DNA of 64,000 nucleotides, taken from contig JAKUOA010000001.1 in the NCBI GenBank assembly GCA_022451235.1, positions 40,401 to 104,400 on the forward strand. The letters are read 5' to 3'. Shown one piece after another: positions 41,379 through 52,500 of the stretch. A program made the translations under genes and the position numbers. Position 1 is the stretch's first letter, and every line of letters starts with the position of its first letter. The DNA comes from Candidatus Thalassarchaeum sp. (GTDB taxonomy: Archaea; Thermoplasmatota; Poseidoniia; Poseidoniales; Thalassarchaeaceae). Below the pieces are notes generated by a model, which saw only the letters and a program-made list of their open reading frames with translations, was not told the origin of the DNA and ran no database searches.

Positions 41379-43376
41379 ATGAGACGCCAAGGCGCGCTTA
41401 GAATCGTGGTCATGATTACGATTATTGGAATGATGATTTCTTCGTTACAAATCGGCTACCAACAAGGTGGTCTTGATGAATCTCAAGACAGAAGAGAACA
41501 GCTCGGCCCTGATGAGCCTACGCTGGAGGAGCGATGTAGCGTCCTTACTTTCGAGGATATGTTTGAGTATACTAAAGCAGTATTCAATTTCACTATTGCC
41601 AATGATTGGAGTTCTGCCGAAATTGAAGCAGTTGCGTGGGTAAATGGGACTTTGGCAGATGATGTAAGACAGAGTTTAGATGAATATATTGCACAAATCT
41701 ACCCAAGTGGCGATGATGGATGGATTTCTACCGACGAAAGGGAAGGAGTCAGAGCTATTGCTTCGGAGTGCGTTCAATACACGTTTACTAGAATGGGTAT
41801 GCGTGATGGAAGTCCTCACAGAGGAGGTGACGGTACTGATTGGAAAAACACATCTTGGACCGAAGACGAGGTCCTAGTCGAAGAGTGGAATCTAGTCCCT
41901 CCTCGACATTCGGAATCGAGAGAATGTTCAGGAATTGGCAGTGGTAGCGATTGCTACGAGGTTCCGGTATATCCGGATAGTGACCGAGATTGCGATACCG
42001 ACGTAGATTCATCAAGCGGTCAAGATGAATGTAGAATGATGCTATGGCTAAATGCCACCATGACAATCTCAGGCATAAATGATCCAAGTGACTTCACTAT
42101 AGCCTATAATGCCTCAAACATGAGTGGGGCTGAATATCATATCAAATTCCCCGTAACCGAAGGACTCCGACTAGATATGTGGGAGGAATGTGAAGGACGA
42201 GACGTGCAAGTGGATATGGGTGATTTTGCTGGTGTGGCTCCTCTGAGAGGTAGTTGTATTGGTGACGGTTCTAGCAGCTATGAACTTAATGAAAACGAAG
42301 ATGGAAGTCTAACTTACTCCTTCTATCCCAACATGCCTCAGTGGCCTGTAGGAGAGGACCTGTTTGCCGACTTTACAACTGCACCAATCCCAGTGGACGA
42401 CCCTCCTGTCTGGACTGATAGCGCACCGACAGATGGAGCCTGGTTCCCTCGTGCGAGTGGGGGAGCACAGATTATCGCGGACTGGAATGAAGTTCAAAAT
42501 TGGTTCAATGATGAGGCTGGAGTATCGAACCTTGAGATGAATTGTAGAGGTGATGCAGGATTAGTAATTACCTACTCACAACGAGAGTTGTCGATGGATG
42601 TACCAAGAGGTCAGGCAGGAGAGGTCACCTGTGAAGCAATCGACAGTTCTGGCCAATCCTCAGGAAATAGAACTTGGAATGTAGGAGTTCCGTTCCAAAT
42701 TTCAACTACAGATACTGAACTATCAGACCCACATCCGATTACTCTCTCTCCAACCGATGGCTGGCCTGATCTATCTGTAGAAATCGGATTTTCCTCAAGC
42801 TTCGAAGAGGCAGGAACATATTACGGCCCATATTCAATTCAAGGCTCGGAAATAACTCAAGATATTGCTGTGGTGGGACTTGTCCCCGGTCCAGTATATG
42901 TCGCTGTAATAGTAACCGGAGAAGGAGTTTATAGTTTGCAAGCGACTTATGATTTGGGGATTCAAAAGGCCAGCAGCCCTCCAATAATGACAGTCACCAC
43001 CGAAGGGTGGGATGGTGATTCATGGTCGATGAGTGGTCAATTCTCCGATCCCGATGGTGAAACGATTAGTTTCAGCTTGATGATTGATGGGTCCTCAGTT
43101 GGAAGTATTACAGTCAGTGGGAATATGTGGTCCACACCTGCGATTGATTTCTCTGTCTGGACAGAAGGATCGCATATTGTTGAGGTTCAAGCCTGTGATG
43201 AGTCTGGCCTATGTTCAAGTCAACAACGTAGCGTTGACAATACTCATTTGTTCGTTGATCCAGAACCTGAACCTGAACCACCGAAGGACAACTCTTCGGT
43301 TCTTCCCTCAATGGGATTGGCCGGTCTGATTCTTGCGGCATCTGCCGCACTCATATACTCGGGCCGACGCGACTGA
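41379..43376 (+). CDS. Large acidic surface protein of unknown function with a PGF-CTERM-like anchor
   Basis: ATG 41379 gives MRRQGALRIVVMITIIGMMISSL as a signal/anchor (the ORF opens at 41262 and overlaps the upstream gene). An Ig-like C-terminal region, a DPEPEPEPP linker, then LPSMGLAGLILAASAALIYSGRRD. Confidence 0.75.
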   Translation: MRRQGALRIVVMITIIGMMISSLQIGYQQGGLDESQDRREQLGPDEPTLEERCSVLTFEDMFEYTKAVFNFTIANDWSSAEIEAVAWVNGTLADDVRQSLDEYIAQIYPSGDDGWISTDEREGVRAIASECVQYTFTRMGMRDGSPHRGGDGTDWKNTSWTEDEVLVEEWNLVPPRHSESRECSGIGSGSDCYEVPVYPDSDRDCDTDVDSSSGQDECRMMLWLNATMTISGINDPSDFTIAYNASNMSGAEYHIKFPVTEGLRLDMWEECEGRDVQVDMGDFAGVAPLRGSCIGDGSSSYELNENEDGSLTYSFYPNMPQWPVGEDLFADFTTAPIPVDDPPVWTDSAPTDGAWFPRASGGAQIIADWNEVQNWFNDEAGVSNLEMNCRGDAGLVITYSQRELSMDVPRGQAGEVTCEAIDSSGQSSGNRTWNVGVPFQISTTDTELSDPHPITLSPTDGWPDLSVEIGFSSSFEEAGTYYGPYSIQGSEITQDIAVVGLVPGPVYVAVIVTGEGVYSLQATYDLGIQKASSPPIMTVTTEGWDGDSWSMSGQFSDPDGETISFSLMIDGSSVGSITVSGNMWSTPAIDFSVWTEGSHIVEVQACDESGLCSSQQRSVDNTHLFVDPEPEPEPPKDNSSVLPSMGLAGLILAASAALIYSGRRD

Positions 43377-43380
43377 GTTC

Positions 43381-44130
43381 GTGAGCTTCTCAGGCACCGT
43401 GGACAGAGAGTCGCATGAAGGGGGCCTCCTCGTTTCCTTTGAGGGACGTGCGCCGAGACTTGGGGCTACTTTACGAATAATCGGTGGAAAGCCGATTGGT
43501 AAGGTTAATTCAGTAATTGGAGCGATTGATGGGGCGTTTGTTCACATTCATCCAATTACAGATCAAATAGAAGTCACAAGCACAATCGGCTCTCCGGTTG
43601 AAATCGCTCCAAGAGAGAAAAGAGAGTATCGTGGTCGTGGAAGAGATAGTTACTCGAAAAGAGATTCTCGCCGTGATGGGCGACGTGGTGGAAATAATGA
43701 CAGAAAAGGCGGAGATTGGACTTGTCCTAAGTGTAACAATTCTAATTTTGCCTTTCGAAAGAAGTGTAATCGCTGTGAAGCAGATAGGCCTCGAGATGGA
43801 GGAAGGAAATTCGAAAGAAAATTTGAACGAGGTGGTAACAATAAGCAAAAAGGAGGTGATTGGACTTGTCCTAAGTGCAACAACTCTAACTTTGCCTTCA
43901 GAGATAAATGCAATCGCTGTGATGCTAGTCGGCCTAGTTCAGGTGGAAAGCCCCCATCGAGAAGTAGATCCAACCAAAACCGAGGCCCTAGGCCTCAAGG
44001 AGGTCCATCTGGACGAGGACGAGGACGAGCGCCAGGGAGCGCAAGTAAACCACGAAGATCTGGATTCAGAGGCACTGGTCGAGGTGGTTCTAGAGGCAAT
44101 CGACCAGGAAGAGGTAGCGGTAGGCGCTGA
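43381..44130 (+). CDS. gar1: Gar1-like (H/ACA RNP) core fused to two RanBP2-type zinc fingers and RGG/GAR-rich tracts
   Basis: The N-terminal ~85 aa fit the archaeal Gar1 pattern (G.V....GGLLV.....P.LG..L....GKPIGKVNSVIG......V.I.P......IG..V). Two fingers are GGDWTCPKCNNSNFAFRKKCNRCEADRP and GGDWTCPKCNNSNFAFRDKCNRCDASRP (W-x-C-x2-C-x3-N-x6-C-x2-C). The C-terminal tract is RGRGRAPG...RGTGRGGSRGNRPGRGSGRR. GTG 43381 was chosen because ATG 43333 would overlap the upstream gene. Confidence 0.65.
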   Translation: MSFSGTVDRESHEGGLLVSFEGRAPRLGATLRIIGGKPIGKVNSVIGAIDGAFVHIHPITDQIEVTSTIGSPVEIAPREKREYRGRGRDSYSKRDSRRDGRRGGNNDRKGGDWTCPKCNNSNFAFRKKCNRCEADRPRDGGRKFERKFERGGNNKQKGGDWTCPKCNNSNFAFRDKCNRCDASRPSSGGKPPSRSRSNQNRGPRPQGGPSGRGRGRAPGSASKPRRSGFRGTGRGGSRGNRPGRGSGRR

Positions 44131-44177
44131 GTTTGGGTCACCCCAGCATTCATTTTGTCTAATCCTGAGCAAGACCT

Positions 44178-45206
44178 ATGGCGAACAAGGCGGATATGCT
44201 CTGGGAAGATGTTCTCGAGCTTGAAGAGGCTGGTGAGAGGCTGGAAGCCCTCGATCTATGTCGCCGAATCACCCGCATGGAGCCAGACCATGCCGCCGCT
44301 TGGAAAATGACCGCAAGGATGACTCTTCCAGCAGCAAGGAGAGGTGTGCAAGATATGCCTACTCTACCACAAGCGGCTAGTGCTTATTCCGCATTACAAA
44401 ATGTCGTGAGATTGGAACCGGAGGATACAGAATCATGGGCATTGGGAGGAATTCTTCTCGTTGACCACCTAGGTATGCTAGAAGAAGCACTTGAGTGGTG
44501 GCAGCAAAGAAGGCAAGTCAACCCCGAAGATGTGACGCCACTAATCGAACAAATTGCCATACTTGTACGACTTGGGATGTATTCTGAAGCTAGCGAGTTG
44601 TTGGAAATCATGTTCGACTCGGAAATGGAACAACCAGACCGTAAGCAACTCATGAATATGGATCGAGTTAGGCAGATGGTTGACAAGGCGGCCAAAATGG
44701 AGAAAGAGGAAATATTCAGGCCACAAAATTCCAAACATCCTCGATGGGAGATAATCGGTCGAATGAAAACTCGTAAACCACTCTCTGAGACTTTCTTCCT
44801 GTTCACTTTTGTTGCTCCAATTGTATTCATTATTGGTACTATAGCCATGAGTGCACTTGGAGGCAGTCAATATGGCTTCATTTTGGTGTTTTTGATTATT
44901 CTAGGGCTATTTATGGGGGTAAGTCGAGCTGGTGCTGGATTATTGCAAAAACTCAACCGACACGCACTCGACTTAGAAAGGGCAATCGATGTAGAGGCAA
45001 CTTCAGCAAAGATATGTGTACCTACTGAAATTCGCGGTAGTAAACTCTACAATTATACGATTGGAAAACGAACTGAAGCCTTCCAAGACCGTCATAGTAG
45101 AATTATAGAGTCAGACGAAATTATTGATAAAAAGTGGAGCCCAGAACTACCTGATTTTTCAAATACTGAAAGTTGGTGGGGAGAGGCTGAGGAATCCGAA
45201 GATTAA
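44178..45206 (+). CDS. TPR-like repeat protein with two central TM helices, function unknown
   Basis: N-terminal TPR-like helices (ALDLCRRITRMEPDHAAAWKMTARM, ALQNVVRLEPEDTESWALGG, LEEALEWWQQRRQVNPED). TM pair FFLFTFVAPIVFIIGTIAMSALGG and FILVFLIILGLFMGV. Confidence 0.65.
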   Translation: MANKADMLWEDVLELEEAGERLEALDLCRRITRMEPDHAAAWKMTARMTLPAARRGVQDMPTLPQAASAYSALQNVVRLEPEDTESWALGGILLVDHLGMLEEALEWWQQRRQVNPEDVTPLIEQIAILVRLGMYSEASELLEIMFDSEMEQPDRKQLMNMDRVRQMVDKAAKMEKEEIFRPQNSKHPRWEIIGRMKTRKPLSETFFLFTFVAPIVFIIGTIAMSALGGSQYGFILVFLIILGLFMGVSRAGAGLLQKLNRHALDLERAIDVEATSAKICVPTEIRGSKLYNYTIGKRTEAFQDRHSRIIESDEIIDKKWSPELPDFSNTESWWGEAEESED

Positions 45207-45220
45207 CTCTGAATTGTTTC

Positions 45221-46486
45221 TCATGTCCCTGCAGAATAATCTTCTAGATAGGCTAGTTGCTCATCGGTCAAACTATCGATACTAATTCCTTCTGCTGTGA
45301 GTTTTAATCTTGCCAATTCACTATCTTGTTCGGCACTAATGTCGTATACGATATTGTCGTATCCTTCACCCTCAGCCGCTAATCGACAAAGCGCTAGGAA
45401 TTGATTGGCGAATGACATATCCATTACTTCGCTTGGATGGCCTTCTGCTGCGGCTAGATTCACCAATCTTCCACGAGCAAGCAAATGTATAGTACGGCCA
45501 TCTTTGAGTTGGAAAGCTTCGTTATCTTCTCTAATCGTGTAAATTTTCTTGGCCCTATCCTCAAGATGTGAAATATTGATTTCGCAATCGTAATGCCCTG
45601 TATTGCAAACGATTGCTCCTTCTTTCATAATGTCGAAGTGACGCCCTATGATTACATCCTTCATTCCAGTTGCTGTACAGAAAATATCGCCAACCTTTGC
45701 AGCATCATCCATCTGCATCACACGGTATCCATCCATGACTGCTTTCAGAGCAGCGATTGGATCGACTTCCGTGACTATTACATTGGCGCCCATACCACGG
45801 GCACGGTTGGCTAATCCTTTGCCACAATGCCCGTATCCGGCGACCACGAAGGTTTTGCCTGCTAGCAAAACACTGGTCGCTCGGATAATTCCGTCAAGGG
45901 TTGATTGGCCCGTTCCGTGTACATTATCGAAGTCCCACTTGGTAGATGCGTCATTGACTGCAATTACGGGATAGAGGAGTTCTCCCGCTTCACCCATCGC
46001 TCTGAGTCTGTGAACTCCCGTGGTTGTTTCTTCGGTACCTCCGATTACGTCTTCTGCTAGCTCTGGAAATTTGCTATGTACTCGATAAATTAGGTCTGCG
46101 CCATCGTCTAATGTAAGTGTTGGATTTATTTCCAGAGTACGATCTATTGATTGGTAGAACTCGTCGGTGTTTTGACCATACCAAGCATGTACATCATAAC
46201 CCTCAGACGCAAGCCAAGCCGCTACGTCGTCTTGAGTAGATAGCGGATTACAACCGGACCAAGAGACCTTGCCGCCGGCGGCCTCAATGGTCTCAATTAG
46301 TACAGCGGTTTCTTTAGTAACATGCAAGCAACCAGCAATTCTTTGGCCAGCTAAAGGCAGTTCTTTCTCGGCCTTTTCGCGTAATACTGCTAGAGCCGGC
46401 ATTCTACTTCGGGCCCAGTCTACCTTTAGGCCACCAGCCTTTGCTAGGGATAGATCTGCCACAGTGTATGTGTCACCCGTGTCCAT
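45221..46486 (-). CDS. ahcY: S-adenosyl-L-homocysteine hydrolase
   Basis: SCNPLSTQDDVAA, DDGADL, GTEETTTGV, NVHGTGQS, and the NAD site VAGYGHCGKGLANRARGMGANVIVTEVDPI. Confidence 0.95.
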   Translation of the reverse strand: MDTGDTYTVADLSLAKAGGLKVDWARSRMPALAVLREKAEKELPLAGQRIAGCLHVTKETAVLIETIEAAGGKVSWSGCNPLSTQDDVAAWLASEGYDVHAWYGQNTDEFYQSIDRTLEINPTLTLDDGADLIYRVHSKFPELAEDVIGGTEETTTGVHRLRAMGEAGELLYPVIAVNDASTKWDFDNVHGTGQSTLDGIIRATSVLLAGKTFVVAGYGHCGKGLANRARGMGANVIVTEVDPIAALKAVMDGYRVMQMDDAAKVGDIFCTATGMKDVIIGRHFDIMKEGAIVCNTGHYDCEINISHLEDRAKKIYTIREDNEAFQLKDGRTIHLLARGRLVNLAAAEGHPSEVMDMSFANQFLALCRLAAEGEGYDNIVYDISAEQDSELARLKLTAEGISIDSLTDEQLAYLEDYSAGT

Positions 46487-46551
46487 AGCCTACGGCGGTC
46501 ACCAACAGGCCTTCAAGGTGCGTTTTGAGCATCCCCCTTTCGAGGGTTTAC

Positions 46552-49500
46552 TCAATTGCCGCCGCCTTGTTCTTGTTGGGCATAATATGCTGCGTAATAC
46601 TGCTCGGCATATTGCCTCGCAGTAGCCTCGTCATAGCCTTGTCCGACCATCTGTTGGACGTATGCTTCGACTGGGTCCATTTGCTCTACACCACCAAACT
46701 GTTCAACAGTGTCTTGGCCATCATCTGATTTACCTCTCGATCTAACTACAACTAGAGTTACACCAACAATTGCTAGAACCAAAATAAGTCCGATAGCAGC
46801 GAACATGATAACGTCGGTACTACCACTTTCTGACTCACAACCATCGCTTGATGGGTTCAGAGCACAGGGGTCGCTTGATCGAGGAAGTAAGTCGATTTTG
46901 AACTGGTCATCCAACGTGTACCGGCTTCCGTCTCCCTCAACAACTCTCCAGTATATTGTGACCTGTGTTCCACTAGTCTCCAAGTACAGATCTGCAATGT
47001 TTAGAGTGATTGTGAAGGTGTCCCCGTCTGCAAGTAAGGCTGGACCTGTGGAATTGTATTTTCCTAGTGCCTTCTGAGTAGCCTTTGGAGAGGGAGTCAA
47101 ATCCAAATGGGCTGAATCTAAAGCCACCTCAATCAAGACACCGTTTTCGGCACCTGATTCTACAATACCATTGATTGTGACTAAATCTTGACTCTGAGAA
47201 TCAGTAGAACGTGGTGAAGTAATATCCACAACTGGCGGTTCGTCTCCAAAGTCCTCGCCAACTACAATGAAGTAGATTCGTGCCTTTTCTGATTGCTTTC
47301 CAGCTCGATCGTATACAATCAATTCTAGCCTAATCTGGTTCTCAAGCGTTCCATCGCTGGTCATGTTACGGAATACATAATTCCACATGTCACCACCAGC
47401 TGCGTTCGGTACCTGGAAGTTGTGACCTTCTAGAGTTGGATTCGAGGAATCTACCGGATAATCGAAGAACACCCGATACTCAAACATCTCAATTCCTCTC
47501 TCGCCCTCAGGTGCATCATCGTCAGAGCTTGCTGAAGAATCGAAGGATAGACTGATGTCACCGCTGTCGGTTAATCTAACTCGATAAATTGGCCAATCTA
47601 TGCCCCCAACGGTTTTACTTCCTTCAAGACTGACGTACTCATCAGTAACGCTGTCCTCAATCAGTTGTAGATCTGCATTAGGTCGGAATTCGTCCGCCAA
47701 TGTATCATCTGTTACTAGATTGATGTAAGTGATTCTTGTGTGGCCCTCGTCATCGTGTAAATACAGAGTCAGAAGCCATTCTGCACCGATTCTACATCCA
47801 GTTGTGGAACTCGAATCGCCAACGCAGAAGCTACCAAGAGCAGGTATGCTTGCACTGTTTTGACGAATATGGCTAATTTCACCGAAATCGATAATTTCTC
47901 CTTCCCACCCTGTAACCGACTCGTTCATGTCTGTAGATTGTAATGTCCAATCGGCAATAATACCGTCAGCCAAGGATGAATCCGAAGTCAAGAAAGAGAA
48001 ATCCAGTTCAGAGTTCGACTTGATGTACATGGTTGCGTAGGCACCTGTAACTGTGTCAATCGAAGGGGCTTCTCCGTTCACAGTCAAGTCAAATCCATCG
48101 CCCGCAATTCCGAAGTTGCTTGGGTATGGAGTTACTTGATAGTCGAGCATATTGGATAACAGTGGCATAGAGGTTCCACTAAATGGTTGGGAGAAACTTG
48201 GATTCTCAACGTCAAGGGTAGTAACAATCATTCCACCTGCTCCGCGATTACATATCGAAAGTAACGACTGTGAGTCAAACGATTCACTTCGCATTAGAGT
48301 ATGGAAGGTTCCGGTTGGATCACTAATTCGACCGCCACAAACTTGTGGAATCTGGTCGAATTGTACCTGTGCTGTATCGAGACCCGCTAATGCGACGTAT
48401 GCGCCACCGTGAACGCCTGCAAAGGCTGCAGTATCGACGTTATTCATCAGTGGGTGGTATGCATCGACAATAACTAGGTCATCATTTGTGACTGTGTTAT
48501 TCCATTGGTTTCGCATAGCGATGTCCATTCCGAAAGGTAGCCTATTTGGCTGATATTCGTTGCGATATGGCCCAAGGTGAATCTGAACAGTTCCACCGTT
48601 AACCATGTATGCTTCTAGGACTTCTGTAACTGATAGACCGTCTGATTCTCTAGTAGAAGCTAGTGTCTCGTAATATTGTCCGTACTCGACATTGTAATCA
48701 GTCTGCCATGGTAGCAAGATTTTCTCATAATGAGACATCCAGTTCTCGGTTGCGTATCTATCCCAATCATTTACTGACAACTGAGTATATGTCATTCCCA
48801 TCGACTCTAGGTCCTGCTTAACTCTCTGCAAACGATTCTGGTCAGTAGGATTGGACAGAATTGCGACATCAACAGTGTCAAAGAATTCTATTTCGAAGAA
48901 TCGATCATTTCCTGATGACTCTCCATCTTCAGTCAATATAGCATAGAAACTAATGTTGTATTGATGACCATCGTACCAGCCGTTGTAAGGTGCAGTCCAA
49001 TTAGCGAAGTCTCGAGCATGGGCTTCAAGATCAAACGGCCCATTATCTGCCGGCTGTTCGTAAACAGTTTGACCTGTTGTCATATCTACAATCTTCATGT
49101 TCACCTCATACTCGCCTGCGATTACACCATTCAGAAGAGGAACGGTGAATGAGTGCTGAGAGACTGAATCATATGTGTAGACGCACTTGTATGTGATATC
49201 AGAAACACAATCAAGCACATTTGGTTGCATCAAAGTTATGTCCGCGCTTGCGATACTGAAGATAATTTGGGTATGATTATTTGCGGTGGTAATCTCAGTT
49301 TTATTATACCATGATGTATCTTCAATTGTACTATTGAATAGTGTTGTTGCATCAATTCGGTAAATTCCCGATTTGAAGTCATGCGTTGCCACCGTAACGT
49401 CTTCGCGCTCCGATGCATCAAGTCCATTGACGTCGTTGATGTAAGTTCCATCATCCTCGAAAGTGAATTCATCGATACGAATATTATCGACTGCAAATCC

Positions 49501-52500
49501 GGCAAGACCAGCATTTCCATTGACCCCATCGTCGTTTGATTGGAATCTCCATGTTAAGGTGACTTCCGAGCCGGAAAGATCTGTGCACTCCGTCCTCCAC
49601 TCGAAGGTATCGTTAGAGGTCTGGTTTAGCAGAGTTATGTGAGTCATATCAATGATTACTGACTTAACTAGACTTTCGGAATCAAACCAAACTACAGACT
49701 CGTATCGGTCGGAATGGTCTCCCATGTATTCGACCTCATCATATCGACCATTGTTGTCGAAATCTTCACAGGCACCTAGACCGCTACCATCTTGGAAAGG
49801 CCTTAGTCCATTTTCGTTAAGATCTGTCCAGCTTCCCCAAACGGTTCCACTATAGATTTCTCCACCCTTAGACCACTCAATTTCTAGGCCAGCAGCGTCA
49901 CGTATTGCTAGAATGTTCCCTTGCTGATCTGAAAGGAAGTCACCCTCTGCAAAGTAATCAAATGTTAGGTAAGTGAAGTCGGTTCCACCAGAAGCGACCG
50001 GGAAAGGATCGAGGGTTAGAGTCTCGTCCCAATTGTCACCATAACCTGTGTCTGGGTCGCCTAACCAATATGCAAAGGAATTGAACACACCTCTGCTTTG
50101 TGGTAACATTGGATGGTCACCATTGGTGTCATCTAAGCGACTTCCATTCATATTTCCATCATCTTCCCAAATAGGTTCTAATCCTGAGAAATCCTCAATT
50201 GCGATTAGATCAGGGAGAGCATTCTTGACTACAGTTTCCAATTGGAAGTCTGTCAGCGTGTTTCCAAAGTTCTGAACTCGAATCTCTATGTCGCGATCGC
50301 CAGATGCATATCTCAGTCCATTCTCAAGACTAATCCATGGCTCCTCTGCAACACCTGGATCGAATAGGTTCTTGACAGTGATCTGGAATTTTACCTCGTC
50401 ATTTGTTGCATCTGCATTATCAAATCCACTGGGGTTGGTTAATTCTGTCTTGATGTAATATGTTCGGTTGTCGATGAAATCAGCATTAAGAGTGACTTCC
50501 TCGGTAGCACCAGCTGCGAAATCTGAGAATGACAGAGTTTGGCTTACGACTTCTTCGGTGCCGAATATAACATCGGTTTTGCGAATAGAAATATTGTCAA
50601 ATGCAAACCCATCTAGTCCCGTTTCCTGAGACGATCCATCTGGGCCGACACTTCCCATCAAACCACTTCGGAAGCGGAAGCGGATGTCTACAACTTCACC
50701 TGCATAGCGAGTAAGGTCAATTGCATCGTCACCGGAATAACTGGTCCAGGTTGTTACGGTCTCGGTGTAGAAGTTTCCATTGTAAGTGTTGTATTCAGGA
50801 TCATATCCTAAGCCAATAAGTCGGAAGTATCTCTCATTATCCCAGCCTCCTGTGAAGAAAACCTGTTCCCATCCATTGCCGTCGCTCCAAACCTCAATAC
50901 CACAGGAGTCCTCATACAACCATCGCTCTACTACGGCGTATTGCTCAGCGAGATACAACTCAAAGAATGCGGCGCTGCAGAACAGATCCAAATCCAGATA
51001 TGCTGCATCTGCACCCGTTAAGTCGACATTCTCAATGATGAATGCCTCGTCCATATTGTTGTAGTAACCTGAATCGTTATCCTGGTCATTATGGTCCATT
51101 CCAGCCCACATGTAAGTGGTTGGGTTTCTGTCGGCTTCCCACCAGTCATCAGTGGCTGAACCATTAGAATCGGTAGATGCATTCCACTCTTCGTGCCACG
51201 ATGATGAACCTTCGCTATATTCTCCTGTGTAGGATTTTAGGGCAATTGAACAAGCAGGACAATTAGTATTGTCTATGTTACCCTCAAAGTCGTTGGAATA
51301 GACGAGAGTGTCAATTCCATCAAGAACTTCCTTTACTTCTAAATCGACATCAACTGAACCAGAAATAGGGTTTAGGCCAGTGTTTTTGACTGTTAAGTTG
51401 ACAAAACGGTTCCCCTCACCAATCATGGCTGCTCCAGTCGCTGGATCGTATGCCGCAGGTGCAATGCTTACCTCGGTAATTCCAACATCCTCATTATCGA
51501 GACTGAGGACTGAAAGGAAATCACCTGCTCCAGCCCAACCTTGAGTATCAAGCCACATAGCGCTGTTTGCGAATCTGTATGATCTGTCTCGCTGTCCGAT
51601 GGCTATCTCGTATGCACTATTTTCTCCGCCGGCTAGCTGACCTGGGACTGCCATAGTTGGTCGGCGGCCAACGTCAAAGGAAAGCGATGAAAGATACCCA
51701 TTTCCGTTTGGATTACCAAGAATGATTTCTACTGTATTGATTTCCCTTAGGTTATCCACCAGCAAGTATGTTTGGTTCTGTGCAGTGGAGTCCTGCAAGC
51801 GAGTTAGAGTAACTTCCGTTGGAACGAAGAAATCCATGTGTCCATCTCGATTTACATCAGCAATGGTAAGCGAGGCACCTAGATAATCCCCAAGAGGTAC
51901 GTAATTTTGAGTATTCCATGATGAACCGGATCGAGTTGCATAGGATATATTTCCTGTAATTCCATCGACAGCGGCGATTAGGTCAACCTCTCCATCATCA
52001 TTGGTATCGGAAATATCGATTCCATACAAAGGATAGTTGTGGTCTGCGTCCAGCTTGAAATTATGTACGCCACTTGCTGTTGCATCCAATGGGTTTGGAT
52101 AAGTTCCTAGAGTACAGTCGTATTCAAGCACGGTCATGTTGTCATAGTGACCATTCGAGAATCCAACACCAGTGTTGTACGGAGGTGAGCGTAGCAACCA
52201 AATGTCCAGATCTTCACAATCTCCAACACCACCACCAGGAAGGCCACCTCCGCCAAGAACATCTTCTCCCCAATGTCCTAGGATTAAGTTCGTGTGTAGT
52301 CCATTAGTAAGTGGCACTGGAATGGTTTGTTGAGCCGTTATTTGAGTTGGGTCCGGGCCCTTGTATATGTTGATGTAATTATTAGTGAAAGTAGGGTCAA
52401 CCACACTCATCACAATATCTGCATCTCCGTCACCATCAATATCCTCTACATCCATGTCCTGAAGATACGGATTGCTAACTGTGATTGCCTCAGAAGGATT

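Noticed and set aside
43510-44224. Four overlapping ORFs (43510-43848 minus, 43598-44224 plus, 43650-43973 minus, 43939-44172 minus) lie across the zinc-finger gene.
   Set aside because: They are artefacts of the low-complexity, duplicated RGG and zinc-finger coding sequence. Only the 43381-44130 frame yields recognisable motifs (Gar1-like core and two perfect RanBP2 fingers).
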